Below, piece after piece: positions 49,731-60,274 of a DNA stretch of 64,000 bases. The stretch spans positions 15,660-79,659 of the forward strand of contig JANQRT010000005.1 in NCBI GenBank assembly GCA_028284385.1, given 5' to 3'. This stretch comes from Opitutaceae bacterium. Lineage in GTDB: Bacteria; Verrucomicrobiota; Verrucomicrobiia; Opitutales; Opitutaceae. The position numbers were made by a program, and so were the translations under genes. How positions within the stretch are numbered: the stretch's first letter is position 1; each line of letters opens with the position of its first letter. The notes under the pieces are model-generated. The model did no database searches. It saw only the letters and a program-made list of their open reading frames with translations, and was not told the DNA's origin.

Positions 49731-50180
49731 CTATGGATATCGTTTTGCATCGATTTTTTCAATACGCCTTATGTGTCGATCGCCTTCGAATGCCGTAGTC
49801 AGCCACACATCTACCACATGGAGCGCTTCTTCTTCGGAAATCGTCCTCTCGCCAATCGATAGCATATTCCCGTCGTTGTGAGAACGATTCCAAGCGGCGA
49901 CTTGTTCGTTCCAGCAAAGACCGCACCGAATGCCTGGCACTCTATTCGCGGTAATGGCTTCTCCATTACCCGATCCCCCCAGCACGATGCCACGATCGAA
50001 GCTTCCAGCAGCTACCGCTTCCGCTACGGGACGGATGAAGTCTGGATAATCGCAGGACTCGGTAGAGTGCGTCCCAAAATCCTCAACGCTGTATCCCTGG
50101 CTGTTCAGGTGGGCGATAATCGCTTGCTTGTAACGATAACCGGCGTGATCGGAACCAATCGCGATGCTGGGTTTACTCAT
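49731..50180 (-). CDS. rpiB: ribose-5-phosphate isomerase B
   Basis: 149 aa: IAIGSDHAGY, GGSGNGE, and a typical RpiB/LacAB length. Confidence 0.9.
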   Translation of the reverse strand: MSKPSIAIGSDHAGYRYKQAIIAHLNSQGYSVEDFGTHSTESCDYPDFIRPVAEAVAAGSFDRGIVLGGSGNGEAITANRVPGIRCGLCWNEQVAAWNRSHNDGNMLSIGERTISEEEALHVVDVWLTTAFEGDRHIRRIEKIDAKRYP

Positions 50181-50333
50181 AAATTGGGTCTAGGGACCCA
50201 TTTGTTTTGATTCAATGTAAATGTGACTTGGCTCGCGCCTTGTTGCCATGAAGGGCTTGCCTCGAATCGCTCGATTTATTTATTGGAAATGCAGCAGGTT
50301 CATTGAACTGCCCTTTGTATTTTTATTGCAGGA

Positions 50334-51572
50334 ATGAGGAAGTCAGCAGCACTGAAAATGGTGTTCTCGTTCGCCAAGATCGATCGCTTGTTGGTCGTGG
50401 CTTGCCTCACCTCGTCCCTAATGGCCAGAAGCATCGGCCAGACCCAAGTCTTCGTGTCTCATCAAGACAGGCCTTATCTTGTGGTAGCGATGGATGGCGA
50501 GTACCCAATCATCGATGGCGAAGGCGGGCGGGAGCGGATCTTCAGCACCAAAATGTCAATGCAACGAGCAAATCGCTTCACTGATGGCGGTATTCGGGTG
50601 CTGCAAAAAGATGCGGTTATGGGCCAGGATTACGGTTCGAACCAAGGCAACTTCTTCTTCAGGTTTCGGGTTGAGATTCAAGCGGATCGAGATTTCGAGG
50701 ACTGCTTTATTCTGATTGCCATCGCTCCAGAAGAAGGATCGGAGACTATTTTGATGAGGGAGGTCGAGGATATCGAGGCTGGGGCTACAGACGTTGTCGA
50801 TATCATTGTTCCTGTGAATCCTGGTTTTGGTGGAGGCGGTTATGGATATCACCTCTACTCTCAAGGCGAGGAAATCAAGGTGGATGATCCGCTGGCCAAG
50901 GCGGTTATCCGTCAGCAAGGACTAGAAACTTCGAACAGAGGCGCGCCTCAGAAGCAAGAGCGACCCAGAGAACCTCCTCAATTGGCCTTTCCGGCAAGAG
51001 CGACGAAGACGGTCATGCCTGATTTTCCATTAAACTTGGAAGGCAAAAACATATCGGGGCTGGCTCAGGTGACGTTCGCCATAGATTCGTCGGGAAAGGT
51101 CGTGGAAATCCTTGGCATGGCGGCGGATCATTCGGCATTTCTTATTGAGGCGCGCGAGTCGATATTGGCCAGCTCTTACGAACCGGCTACCTACAATAAC
51201 GAGTCGTTGTTTACTACGGTAACGCAGGTTTTCACCTTCAACGAGTTTGTAAGTTTTGCCGAAGCTTTGGAAATGATTCCGTATCCGAATCTCCCTGACT
51301 CTCAGCCGCGACTATTGCATTCCCCCATTGAGACGCTCAAAGCTTCGGGAATCGATTTTGCCGAAAGCAGTGTCGTTCTACATGGGGTGATCGATCCGCT
51401 TGGGCGTATCCAGCAAGCTAGGATTCGTGAAGCAAACGATCAGAGAGTGGCCGACATGATTTTAGACACAGCCTCCGAATGGGTTTTCATTCCGGCAATC
51501 CAAGACGGGCGACCTGTTGCTCGGCGTATCCAAATTCCCATTAACCAGGAAAGTACAAGTAGCGAAAATTAG
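50334..51572 (+). CDS. secreted protein with two TonB_C-like domains (hypothetical)
   Basis: 412 aa with an N-terminal hydrophobic signal and an unknown N-domain. Two segments resemble TonB C-terminal domains (VMPDFPLNLEGKNISGLAQVTFAIDSSGKV; HGVIDPLGRIQQARI...FIPAIQDGRPV). Confidence 0.5.
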   Translation: MRKSAALKMVFSFAKIDRLLVVACLTSSLMARSIGQTQVFVSHQDRPYLVVAMDGEYPIIDGEGGRERIFSTKMSMQRANRFTDGGIRVLQKDAVMGQDYGSNQGNFFFRFRVEIQADRDFEDCFILIAIAPEEGSETILMREVEDIEAGATDVVDIIVPVNPGFGGGGYGYHLYSQGEEIKVDDPLAKAVIRQQGLETSNRGAPQKQERPREPPQLAFPARATKTVMPDFPLNLEGKNISGLAQVTFAIDSSGKVVEILGMAADHSAFLIEARESILASSYEPATYNNESLFTTVTQVFTFNEFVSFAEALEMIPYPNLPDSQPRLLHSPIETLKASGIDFAESSVVLHGVIDPLGRIQQARIREANDQRVADMILDTASEWVFIPAIQDGRPVARRIQIPINQESTSSEN

Positions 51573-51756
51573 AAACTATCCCAAACCTAACGCCACTGCA
51601 GACGATTTCTCGGATAACCCATTGGGCTGAGTCTTTTTTGATCCAGAGTTGCATTCTCACTGAAAACAAATACCTCATGGTATTCGCTTTTCAGTGACGC
51701 CTTGCTCTGAGTCAAAGGAGATCTCAGCGGTGCCATGTTAGGTTTAGGGATAGGTT

Positions 51757-52575
51757 CTAGTTGCCTGCGTCTGCAGCTCGCTGTCGCGTGAGCTCCCTCA
51801 GAGGGTTGATCTTGAAGGAGGCCTTTCCTGTCGGAGCCCTAAATGACTGATCGCCGATGCGAATCCGAAGATTTTCGTTATCGCTGCAATTAATGCTTAT
51901 CACTCCCATGGCTTGGAGCTGCTGTTCCTCGTTCTTGGGAATCGAACCAGCGAAAAGGGTCAGTTCAGGATCAAGCTGTCTAACGTCCACCCGCAGGTCT
52001 TCATTCGCGATTAAAGTGAAGGGAACGATTTCCGCCCGGTTGATCTGGGGTTCTGGTATCAAATCAGATTCGCCACTGGAGTTGACGATAGCCGAGATGC
52101 CCCAAATCAGAGAGATGATGAGTATTAGGGAGAGGGTAGCGGCAATGCCTATTTTTATCCACAGTTCCTTTTCGATGCCTTGCAGATAGGTTATCGCCGA
52201 TTGGAAATAATTGGGCGGCTGATTTTCGCTGTGAGCGGTTTCCGGGTCCCCTGCATCTGAAGAAGCGTCTTCGATAATGGGCTGCTGGAGTTCGAGTCGG
52301 CCGAAAAACTCGCGATTCTCTCGCTTGGAGGATTTTCCCTCGCCGATTAGCAGAGCGCTGTAGTCCGTAACGATTTTCTCGGTATTGAGCTTCAAGTAGC
52401 CCGCATATGAGCGAAGAAACCCGCGAATGTAGATCTCAGGAATGTCGAAGGTGAAATGGTTCTTTTCGAAATTGTTCAGATAATCGCTGCGAATCTTCGT
52501 AGCCTCAGCCGCTTCGCGAATGGTGATACCCCTCCGCTTGCGGGCCTCTTCTAAACGATCTCCAATACTCTGCAT
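51757..52575 (-). CDS. rodZ: RodZ-like cytoskeleton/HTH membrane protein
   Basis: 272 aa with an N-terminal Xre-type HTH (IGDRLEEARKRRGITIREAAEATKIRSDYL), one TM segment and a C-terminal beta domain. Confidence 0.75.
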   Translation of the reverse strand: MQSIGDRLEEARKRRGITIREAAEATKIRSDYLNNFEKNHFTFDIPEIYIRGFLRSYAGYLKLNTEKIVTDYSALLIGEGKSSKRENREFFGRLELQQPIIEDASSDAGDPETAHSENQPPNYFQSAITYLQGIEKELWIKIGIAATLSLILIISLIWGISAIVNSSGESDLIPEPQINRAEIVPFTLIANEDLRVDVRQLDPELTLFAGSIPKNEEQQLQAMGVISINCSDNENLRIRIGDQSFRAPTGKASFKINPLRELTRQRAADAGN

Positions 52576-52657
52576 GTTAGGAAAATAAGAAGGTAAATTT
52601 CAGAAGTAAAAAGGAAATTCTATTTGTGAGGATAAAATCAAGTTCCGTTTTGCCGGA

Positions 52658-55048
52658 TCACACGCCATCCAGATCTACCAGGATCTCTCTTGGGCTGGAG
52701 CCGTTTTCCGGTCCGACGATGCCGCGGTCTTCTAGGATCTCCATGATTCGAGCAGCTCGATTGTATCCAATTCTTAAGCGCCTTTGCAGCATCGAAGTGG
52801 AAGCTCTTTTAGTGGATTTCAGAACTTGGATGGCCTGAGGCAGCATTTCGTCTCCATCTTCGTCTCCGCTGTCCAAAGTAAGTTCGTCCGGCGCGTCGAT
52901 TTGCCGTTGCACGTCTTCTGCGAAATCAGGTGGGCCATTGGCCTTGAGAAATTCCACGATTTCGCGTATTTCTTCGTCGGATACGAAAGCGCCTTGAGTT
53001 CGAATGGGTTTGGAGGAACCGGAAGACGAGAATAGCATATCGCCTCTACCGATGAGCTGTTCGGCTCCCATTCCGTCAAGAATGGTGCGGCTGTCGATTT
53101 TCGAGGCGACCTGGAAGGCGATTCGACTTGGCAGATTGGCTTTGATGATGCCAGTGATAACGTTGACCGATGGACGTTGCGTTGCAATGACAAGATGGAT
53201 ACCGGATGCTCTTGCGAGCTGAGCCAGGCGAGCGACGCCGGTTTCCACTTCCGCAGGGTTGACCATCATCAAATCGGCCAGCTCGTCGATGATGCAAACG
53301 ATGTAGGGAATCTTTTCCGGAATCTCGTCGAGCACCCCTTCGTCGCGAGGTACACTGATTTCCAATTCCGACTGATCTTCCTGTTTCTCGGCTTCCGTCT
53401 TTTCCTTCTCCTTTTTCTTTCTACCGTTAAAACCGGCGATATTGCGAACTCCCACTTTTGAAAACAGCTCGTAGCGGTGCTCCATTTCGTTGAGCAGCCA
53501 CTTGAGGGCGCCAGGCACTTTTTTGGGATCGGTAACCACTGGGATCAGCATGTGTGGCAGATCGTTGAAAATCTTCATTTCGACGATCTTTGGATCCACC
53601 ATGATAAAACGCAGCTTTTCGGGACTCGCGTGATACAAAAGTGATGTAATGATGCTGTTGATACAGACCGTTTTTCCAGATCCGGTGGCTCCCGCTATGA
53701 GCAGGTGGGGCATTTTGGTCAGGTCATCGATGATCGGCTTCCCACCAACGTCGCGACCCAAGGCGATGGGGATTTCGGCATTGGCGTTGGCCCAGTCTTC
53801 CGACTCAAGAATTTCGCGTATGCCGACCGGAGTGGCGTTCTGGTTCGGCACTTCGATACCGACGCAGCCTTTTCCGGGCACCGGAGCCAGAATACGCACG
53901 GAGTGAGCTCGCATGCCCAAAGCGATATTCTTATCGAGATTGGAAATCTTCTCAACGCGTACCCCCGGAGCCGGATACACCTCGTAGCGCGTTATCACTG
54001 GTCCGATGTGAATTTCGCCCATGGTTACTTCCACTCCGAACTCCTTTAAGGTCATCTGGAGGCGCTCGGCGTTTTTGGCGTGTTCTTCCTCTGAATTGGT
54101 CTGATGAGGAGTGGCCGGAACGGACAGCAAATCGAGGTTGGGGAAGGTGTAGTCTCCCTGAGACACCGGGAGTTTGGCTCGAGCCTTTTTCGTTTTTTCG
54201 GGAGCAATAAAGGTAAGGGCTTCTTTGAGGGTTGGCTTCGGTTCCTCTTCAACCAGCTCTTCCTCCTCATAAGCCTCGATTTCCTCGGGTTCTGGATCTA
54301 CTTCCGGCTCTAGCTTTTTCTTCGAACGCTTGGCGGCCTTCGCCTCCTTAGCTAGTTGCTTGGTCTGGGCTTTTTCCGCTTTAAGGCGCGCTTTCTCCTC
54401 CTCGGCTTCTAGTTTAGCCAAGCGCTTGGCTTCTTTCCTTTCGGCGGCTAAAGCTGCTCGCTGTTCACGCCAATCGTGGAATCGAGCCAGCCAGGTATTG
54501 TAGCCTTCCGGCGTTGCTGGAGAAAAAATGAGAAAGCAGGAGATGATTGTCGCGAAACCGAAAATCAACAGCGACCCTGTAAGGCCTAGGTATTCGTCGG
54601 TTAGACCCTCTATAATGTTGCCAATTCCTCCTCCTGGTCCCCCATGGTAGGAAAAAGGATCAGCAAAAATGAATTCCTGAGTGGCTAGCAAACCAGCTCC
54701 TGCAACAAGAGCCACGACCATTTCGGCAAATAAAAACCATTTGGACCTCAAATTCTTGCTGAAGTGGATCCAAGCGAACCATCCGAGAAAAACGGGAACC
54801 AGCCACGCCATCCCTCCTGCTGCGACTTTCAAGTAGAAGGCTGCATGGACTCCCAACTTCCCTGCTCGGTTTGTTTCGATTGGATCGGTCGTGTTGGCCG
54901 GATGCTGGTCTGGATGATAGCTGATCAAGGCGACTAGAATCCAGATAGCCAGCAGCAAGTAGACCGGACCCCAAAGCCAGCGACTCCTCAGGCTGGGCTT
55001 CTTAATGTCGGAATCCGCTTTTGAGCTGGATCTCTTTTTTCTAGCCAT
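52658..55048 (-). CDS. ftsK: DNA translocase FtsK
   Basis: 796 aa with N-terminal TM segments, a charged linker, the motor domain Walker A AGATGSGKT, and a C-terminal gamma winged helix (LQRRLRIGYNRAARIME). Confidence 0.94.
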   Translation of the reverse strand: MARKKRSSSKADSDIKKPSLRSRWLWGPVYLLLAIWILVALISYHPDQHPANTTDPIETNRAGKLGVHAAFYLKVAAGGMAWLVPVFLGWFAWIHFSKNLRSKWFLFAEMVVALVAGAGLLATQEFIFADPFSYHGGPGGGIGNIIEGLTDEYLGLTGSLLIFGFATIISCFLIFSPATPEGYNTWLARFHDWREQRAALAAERKEAKRLAKLEAEEEKARLKAEKAQTKQLAKEAKAAKRSKKKLEPEVDPEPEEIEAYEEEELVEEEPKPTLKEALTFIAPEKTKKARAKLPVSQGDYTFPNLDLLSVPATPHQTNSEEEHAKNAERLQMTLKEFGVEVTMGEIHIGPVITRYEVYPAPGVRVEKISNLDKNIALGMRAHSVRILAPVPGKGCVGIEVPNQNATPVGIREILESEDWANANAEIPIALGRDVGGKPIIDDLTKMPHLLIAGATGSGKTVCINSIITSLLYHASPEKLRFIMVDPKIVEMKIFNDLPHMLIPVVTDPKKVPGALKWLLNEMEHRYELFSKVGVRNIAGFNGRKKKEKEKTEAEKQEDQSELEISVPRDEGVLDEIPEKIPYIVCIIDELADLMMVNPAEVETGVARLAQLARASGIHLVIATQRPSVNVITGIIKANLPSRIAFQVASKIDSRTILDGMGAEQLIGRGDMLFSSSGSSKPIRTQGAFVSDEEIREIVEFLKANGPPDFAEDVQRQIDAPDELTLDSGDEDGDEMLPQAIQVLKSTKRASTSMLQRRLRIGYNRAARIMEILEDRGIVGPENGSSPREILVDLDGV

Positions 55049-55127
55049 TTGTGTTGGTGAGAGTTGTTAGACGCTATCTGTCATGGCAAGCCGGATCAGC
55101 AACGGAATGCGACAACCTCCAAGCGAT

Positions 55128-56081
55128 ATGAATTTTCCAATTTCTTTTACACCATTATATCAGGAACGGGTCTGGGGAGGACGCAACCTAGCGGATGCCT
55201 TGGCTCGTCAGCTTCCAGAAGGGAAGGTAATCGGGGAGAGCTGGGAGATCGTGGATAGACCTGAAGCCCAGTCGGTTATACATGGAGGAGAGCATGATGG
55301 AGCGACACTTCGGGGATTGATTGAGAAACATACGACAGCGATCATGGGCGAAGGTTACGATCCTAATCGACCTTTTCCTATCCTTGTAAAATGGCTGGAT
55401 TGCCAAGATCGCCTGAGCTTGCAAGTGCATCCTCCTGAATCGGTGGCGAGCGTTTTGAATGGCGAGCCAAAAACTGAGAATTGGTATATCGCCGACACGC
55501 AGACTGGGGCGAATTTAATTGTCGGTCTAAAGAAGGGTGTGACGCGGCAGGAATTCGAAAGTCGGCTGGAGGAGGGGACGCTAGAGTCTTGTATCCATCG
55601 TTTCGATGTTAGTCCGGGAGATTCGATTCTTGTCGAGAGCGGTCGCTTGCATGCGATTGATGCAGGCAATCTTATTTTGGAGATTCAGCAAAATTCGGAT
55701 ACAACCTATCGCGTCTATGATTGGGGACGTGTGGGGCTTGACGGGGATCCTCGTCAGCTACATATCGAGGAGTCCTTGCAGTGTATTGACTGGCAGGATT
55801 TCGAACCCCAATCTATGGATACGAATGGGAATCGTGTCACGCTTGCGGATTGCAAGGAATTTCGCCTGATCAAGCATCGTCTCGAAGGAGGCTCTCCTTC
55901 CATCGAACTAGATTCGGGCGAGCCGAGAATCCTCAGCGTTGTTGAAGGCGAAGTGATTCTGGATGGCGAAGACAGTCATTCTCTGAGTTACGGGGCCAAT
56001 GTCTTGCTGCCGGCAAGCGGGACCTTTTCGCTTTCCTGCCATGGAAACGCTGCCGTTCTGATCACGGATCGGTTTGTTTAA
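55128..56081 (+). CDS. manA: type I phosphomannose isomerase
   Basis: Cupin protein with ERVWGG and LSLQVHP motifs. Start set at MNFPISFTPLYQ, while the ORF track begins 45 nt upstream. Confidence 0.8.
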   Translation: MNFPISFTPLYQERVWGGRNLADALARQLPEGKVIGESWEIVDRPEAQSVIHGGEHDGATLRGLIEKHTTAIMGEGYDPNRPFPILVKWLDCQDRLSLQVHPPESVASVLNGEPKTENWYIADTQTGANLIVGLKKGVTRQEFESRLEEGTLESCIHRFDVSPGDSILVESGRLHAIDAGNLILEIQQNSDTTYRVYDWGRVGLDGDPRQLHIEESLQCIDWQDFEPQSMDTNGNRVTLADCKEFRLIKHRLEGGSPSIELDSGEPRILSVVEGEVILDGEDSHSLSYGANVLLPASGTFSLSCHGNAAVLITDRFV

Positions 56082-56086
56082 CGATT

Positions 56087-56710
56087 ATGACCTTCGTTTC
56101 CAAGGCAAGTCGACGTTCTGGTCGCATTCTGAAAACGGTTCTGTTTTTAGGAGCCTTTATCTGTTCGGCGCTCACGCTGTTCTGGATGCTTTTGCTGCCC
56201 TCTTATGTGAAGCTTGATATCGAATCGCGTACTGGATTCTCGGTCCAAATCGATTCGCTGGCTGCGAATCCGTTTACGATGAAAGTTCAGGCTCGAGGCG
56301 TTTCTCTGTTGAATCCCGTTCAATTCGAGACCGGTCGATTCTTGGAAATCGTATCCACAAGCCTGATATTGGATTATCCAGGCAGCACCGATTCCGGCTG
56401 GAAAATTATCGATGCCGATATTGAAGCGAAAAGTCTCACCATAATCGTTAATGAAAATGGCAGCTCAAACGTGGGGCTCTTCGAAAAAGGACTCTTCCCA
56501 ATCGAGCAATCAGATGCGAAATCGCCGAGATTCGATCGCCTGTCCATCGAGGTTGGCGTTCTTGAAGTCATCGATTACTCGAAGCCGTATCCAATCACGG
56601 AACGGGTGAAACTTGGCAAACGATTCCAGTTTGAGTATCTTCCTTCTTTTTCGCACGCTTTGCCCGAGATTTTCTATGAAGCCAGACTTCGCGGCTACTC
56701 GCTTCCTTAA
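56087..56710 (+). CDS. membrane-anchored hypothetical protein
   Basis: 207 aa with a single N-terminal TM segment (VLFLGAFICSALTLFWMLLL) and a beta-rich remainder. No motif recognised. Confidence 0.5.
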   Translation: MTFVSKASRRSGRILKTVLFLGAFICSALTLFWMLLLPSYVKLDIESRTGFSVQIDSLAANPFTMKVQARGVSLLNPVQFETGRFLEIVSTSLILDYPGSTDSGWKIIDADIEAKSLTIIVNENGSSNVGLFEKGLFPIEQSDAKSPRFDRLSIEVGVLEVIDYSKPYPITERVKLGKRFQFEYLPSFSHALPEIFYEARLRGYSLP

Positions 56711-56961
56711 ACGGCGATCGATCGTATAGTTCCCTAGTCTAAGGTATGAAGGAGGCTACTTATCCTCCGCTGTAATAGCGCTACTCTTACTCTGGCTGGT
56801 AAAAAGCTTCACTTTTTCGCCGATTTCTAAGCGATCTACGAAAACGGGCTGGACCTATCGACATTTCTGGCACTCATAGCGAGTGAATGAAATTGAGGCT
56901 CAGCCTCCCTAAATTCTCTTTGATTCGAAAAATATTTGATCTATCTAGTGTTAGCTTGGCC

Positions 56962-57648
56962 ATGAATGATCCAAAAGAACCAGATGCTTCCAAGGAAGAA
57001 CTGATTGAGGAAATCGACCCCGTTGCTGACGTTGAAGAAAGCGATGAGGATGCAGTCGACGAGGAAAGCGAAGGGCAAGCCCAGGAGTCCGTTGAGTCAG
57101 AAGAAGTAGCAGAGGACTCGGAATCGGAAGAGCCACTGTCTGTCGAAGAACAGCTCGAACGGGCCAAGGCCGAAGCTCAGGAGAATTATAGCAACTACCT
57201 GAGGGCAGTAGCGGATTTGGATACCTACCGGCGCAGGGTGAATCGGGAAAAGGAGGACTTAAGGCATCATGCGATTTCCGGAATTCTCGAGTCGATACTT
57301 CCGGTATATGACAACCTTGGTTTTGGCTTAGCTTCGGCTGAGCAGGCCCCCAATCTCGGTGTCGTTGTCCAAGGCCTCGAAATGGTGCTTTCTCAATTCA
57401 AGACGATGCTCCAGGAAAACGGCATCGAGGAAATCGCTCCTGAAAGAGGCGACGACTTTGATCATAATAAGCACGAGGCGATGCAGACCCAGCCGAGCGA
57501 CGAGGTCGAGGAAGGCAAGGTTTTGCAGGTCATCCGCAAAGGCTTTGCTTTGAATGGCAAGCTGGTCAGAGCCGCTTCGGTTATCGTTTCAGGCACCGAA
57601 GAACCCGTGGCTGAAAAAAGCGAGAAGCGACTGGATACGGAAGCCTGA
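56962..57648 (+). CDS. grpE: nucleotide exchange factor GrpE
   Basis: Acidic N-terminus, then a GrpE core (YLRAVADLDTYRRRVNREKE ... FDHNKHEAM ... GFALNGKLVRAA). Start set at MNDPKE, while the ORF track begins at 56887. Confidence 0.88.
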   Translation: MNDPKEPDASKEELIEEIDPVADVEESDEDAVDEESEGQAQESVESEEVAEDSESEEPLSVEEQLERAKAEAQENYSNYLRAVADLDTYRRRVNREKEDLRHHAISGILESILPVYDNLGFGLASAEQAPNLGVVVQGLEMVLSQFKTMLQENGIEEIAPERGDDFDHNKHEAMQTQPSDEVEEGKVLQVIRKGFALNGKLVRAASVIVSGTEEPVAEKSEKRLDTEA

Positions 57649-57680
57649 TTTTTTAAGCGACGACTCATCTCATATTTGAA

Positions 57681-58829
57681 GTGAAAGAGGACTATTACGA
57701 ATTGCTCGGAGTAAATCGCCAGGCGACGGCTGATGAAATCAAGAAAGCCTATCGCAAAATGGCGGTGAAGTACCACCCCGACAAAAATCCCGGCAACAAG
57801 GAAGCCGAGGAGAATTTCAAGAAAGTGTCCGAAGCCTACGAGGTTTTGAAAGATGATCAGAAGCGAGCTGCCTATGATCGCTATGGACATGCCGCCTTTG
57901 GCTCTGGAGGAGCAGGAAGTGGAGGAGGGGCTGGTGGACCGTTCCACGATCCTTTCGATATTTTCAGCGAAGTTTTTGGTGGAAGTGGTGGAGGAAGTAT
58001 CTTCGAGGAGTTCTTCGGAGGCGGCAGCGGATCGCGTCAGGGCGGAGGTGGCGCTCAGCGCGGATCCGATTTGCGATACGATTTAGAGATCGAGCTAGAA
58101 GAGGCCGCTCGTGGGCTGGAAAAGGAGATTTCCTTCCGCAAACCGGTCCTTTGCGATCGTTGTAGCGGTTCTGGAGCGGAGCCTGGCAGTAGTGTGGTCA
58201 CTTGCTCGACTTGTGGCGGTAAAGGGCAGGTAACTGCTTCAAAAGGTTTCTTTTCCATCCGTCAAACTTGTCCGACCTGCCATGGCTCTGGCCAGAAGAT
58301 CGAGAAGGTCTGTACTAAGTGCGGCGGCGAAGGACGCGTTAACGAGACTACCAAGATAAAGGTAAAGATTCCTCCCGGAGTGGATACGGGCTCCAAGCTG
58401 CGTTCCGCGAACAACGGAGAAGCCGGGACGCATGGAGGCCCTGCTGGCGATCTCTACATCGTCATCCACGTCAAGGATCATGATATTTTCGAACGTCAGG
58501 AGGAGAACCTCTACTGCGATATTCCCATCAAGTTTACCTTGGCTACCCTTGGAGGTACGATTGAGGTGCCTACGCTCTCAGGGAAAGCGAGCTTGAAGAT
58601 CCCGCCAGCCACTCAAACGGGAACCACCTTCCGATTGAAGGGAAAAGGTTTGCCGAGTCTTAGAGGCGGCTATTTTGGAGATCAAATGGTGCGCGTGCAC
58701 GTCGAAGTTCCCCGCTCGCTCAATGCCGAGCAAAGGCAGAAGCTGGAGGAATTCGCTCTAGCTTGCGGTGATGCGGACGAGCCAGTCGGCAAAGGCTTCT
58801 TTGAGAAGGCTAAACGATTTTTCGATTAA
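57681..58829 (+). CDS. dnaJ: molecular chaperone DnaJ
   Basis: J domain ([17 protein letters not shown]), a G/F-rich region and four CxxCxGxG zinc motifs. GTG start. Confidence 0.96.
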   Translation: MKEDYYELLGVNRQATADEIKKAYRKMAVKYHPDKNPGNKEAEENFKKVSEAYEVLKDDQKRAAYDRYGHAAFGSGGAGSGGGAGGPFHDPFDIFSEVFGGSGGGSIFEEFFGGGSGSRQGGGGAQRGSDLRYDLEIELEEAARGLEKEISFRKPVLCDRCSGSGAEPGSSVVTCSTCGGKGQVTASKGFFSIRQTCPTCHGSGQKIEKVCTKCGGEGRVNETTKIKVKIPPGVDTGSKLRSANNGEAGTHGGPAGDLYIVIHVKDHDIFERQEENLYCDIPIKFTLATLGGTIEVPTLSGKASLKIPPATQTGTTFRLKGKGLPSLRGGYFGDQMVRVHVEVPRSLNAEQRQKLEEFALACGDADEPVGKGFFEKAKRFFD

Positions 58830-58848
58830 CCGGAATCGATCAGGCCGC

Positions 58849-59700
58849 TTATAGACCTCCCGACAGGTAAATATCGCCCTCAGGAGCGGGAACGCCACCT
58901 TTCTTTTCCAAGCTGATAGCGAAAGCGACTACGTTGTCGATGGGCTGTCCCGGAGCGAATCGGTATTCGGCGCTGCCAGTCTCATTAACGGAGAAAACGC
59001 CGCCATTGATCGGGTTTGGCGATTGGTCGGATATTACCCACATCTGGTAGTTCTGTGTCATCGAGTCGATCTCTGGCAAATTATAGACACGCACCACACC
59101 CTCGTCTTTCGAGGCATCCCAGATGGCAAATCCGTGATAAAGTTGATCCAGTTCCGAATTCAGAGCGGCTATCTGGATCTGATCCAGCGTTCGTTGACTC
59201 CGAAGATTGGATACAAGTTCTTGAAGTTGACTCCTCTCCAAGCCCAGGTCGGCTAGTTGCTTGGATAGCGTTTCGATCTCCCCGCTTAGTTCCAGACTGG
59301 CCAGATTGACTTCCTCGAGCTGACGGTCGAGGGTCTGGTTTTCTCTCCACTGGACTATAAACAGAATTAGAAAGCAGGCCGCTGCCGCCCATCCCAGAAC
59401 CGATATCATAGGGAAAGAAGCGATTTTTTCGGAGTTCTTTTCTTTGGCTGGGGCGGCTTGTTGTTTCTTTGCTGGTTTGTCAGGCAACGACCTTACTATT
59501 CGGTCTGCCAGTTCATTGTTTGGCTCCTTGATCTCGCTTTGAGACAGAGCCAGATCGCCTAGGGATTCCTCCAGTTCGCCCACTAAGCTAGACAACGCCT
59601 TATCGTTCGCCATCCGCTTCTCGAATGCGGCTGTCTGGCGCTCGTCCAATTCGCCCAGCAAGTAGGCGATCGCTTCTTGTTCGGTTTCGCTATGCGACAT
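58849..59700 (-). CDS. anti-sigma factor (RskA-like, single-pass)
   Basis: Start at MSHSETEQEAIAYLLGELDE overlaps the sigma gene stop by 11 nt (ATGTCGCATAG). It has an N-terminal anti-sigma helix region, one TM segment and a C-terminal RskA-like domain. Confidence 0.7.
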   Translation of the reverse strand: MSHSETEQEAIAYLLGELDERQTAAFEKRMANDKALSSLVGELEESLGDLALSQSEIKEPNNELADRIVRSLPDKPAKKQQAAPAKEKNSEKIASFPMISVLGWAAAACFLILFIVQWRENQTLDRQLEEVNLASLELSGEIETLSKQLADLGLERSQLQELVSNLRSQRTLDQIQIAALNSELDQLYHGFAIWDASKDEGVVRVYNLPEIDSMTQNYQMWVISDQSPNPINGGVFSVNETGSAEYRFAPGQPIDNVVAFAISLEKKGGVPAPEGDIYLSGGL

Positions 59701-60274
59701 GGCTTTTCTCCAATTCCTTTCTAAGACGTGTGATGGCGTAGCGGATACGCGATTTAATGGTGCCAAGAGACTCGCCTAGGTCTTGCGCAATCTGGCTTTG
59801 TGTAAAGCCTTTGAAGTAGGCGAGCTGAATAGCGATTTTCTGATCTTCGGGCAGACTCTCTATGGCCTGCTTTACGGCTTCAGCCCTTTCCTTCGTGACC
59901 AGTTCGTCCAGAGCGGTTTCCTTTTCGGCTGGCTCTAATGAAGGTTTCTCAACTGCGTCGTCCAGAATCGCATTAGCCGATGGCAGACGACGATTGGTTT
60001 TCCGAAGTCTATCTATTGATCGATTTCGAACGATTCGCAGAAGCCATGGGAGCAATTTGGCAGAGTTCTGGCCTAAAGTCTCGACCTTCTCCCACAGGAT
60101 CAAAAAGGCGTCCTGCGTCGCTTCCTCCGCTTCTTCCACATTCTGAAGGAGCTTCATTGCCACGGAGTACACGAATTTTCCGTAGCGGCGATAGACTTCC
60201 TGCAAAGCTTGCTTGTCGCCGTCTCCAATCCGGTCGATCAAGGTGCTGTCAGGCAGTTCATTCGGGTCACTCAT
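59690..60274 (-). CDS. ECF-type RNA polymerase sigma-70 family factor
   Basis: Region 2 (YRRYGKFVYSVAMKLL...EATQDAFLILWEK) and region 4 (AYFKGFTQSQIAQDLGESLGTIKSRI). Start set at MSDPNELPD, an internal Met of the 238-aa ORF. Confidence 0.85.
   Translation of the reverse strand: MSDPNELPDSTLIDRIGDGDKQALQEVYRRYGKFVYSVAMKLLQNVEEAEEATQDAFLILWEKVETLGQNSAKLLPWLLRIVRNRSIDRLRKTNRRLPSANAILDDAVEKPSLEPAEKETALDELVTKERAEAVKQAIESLPEDQKIAIQLAYFKGFTQSQIAQDLGESLGTIKSRIRYAITRLRKELEKSHVA

Noticed and set aside
50185-50208. Hairpin TGGGTC-TAGG-GACCCA followed by TTTGTTTT on the plus strand, abutting the rpiB start codon
   Set aside because: It looks like a plus-strand terminator, but no plus-strand gene lies upstream. 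The stem is only 6 bp. It could equally be a weak 5'-UTR structure of rpiB, so there is not enough evidence to call it.
56867-56889. CIRCE-like or sigma-54-like motif upstream of grpE (CTGGCACTCATAGCGAGTGAATG)
   Set aside because: The GCACTC / GAGTG arms resemble CIRCE half-sites, but they are 5 nt apart rather than the canonical 9, and the right arm diverges. Read as a sigma-54 promoter, the GG-to-GC spacing is 8 rather than 10. Neither model fits.
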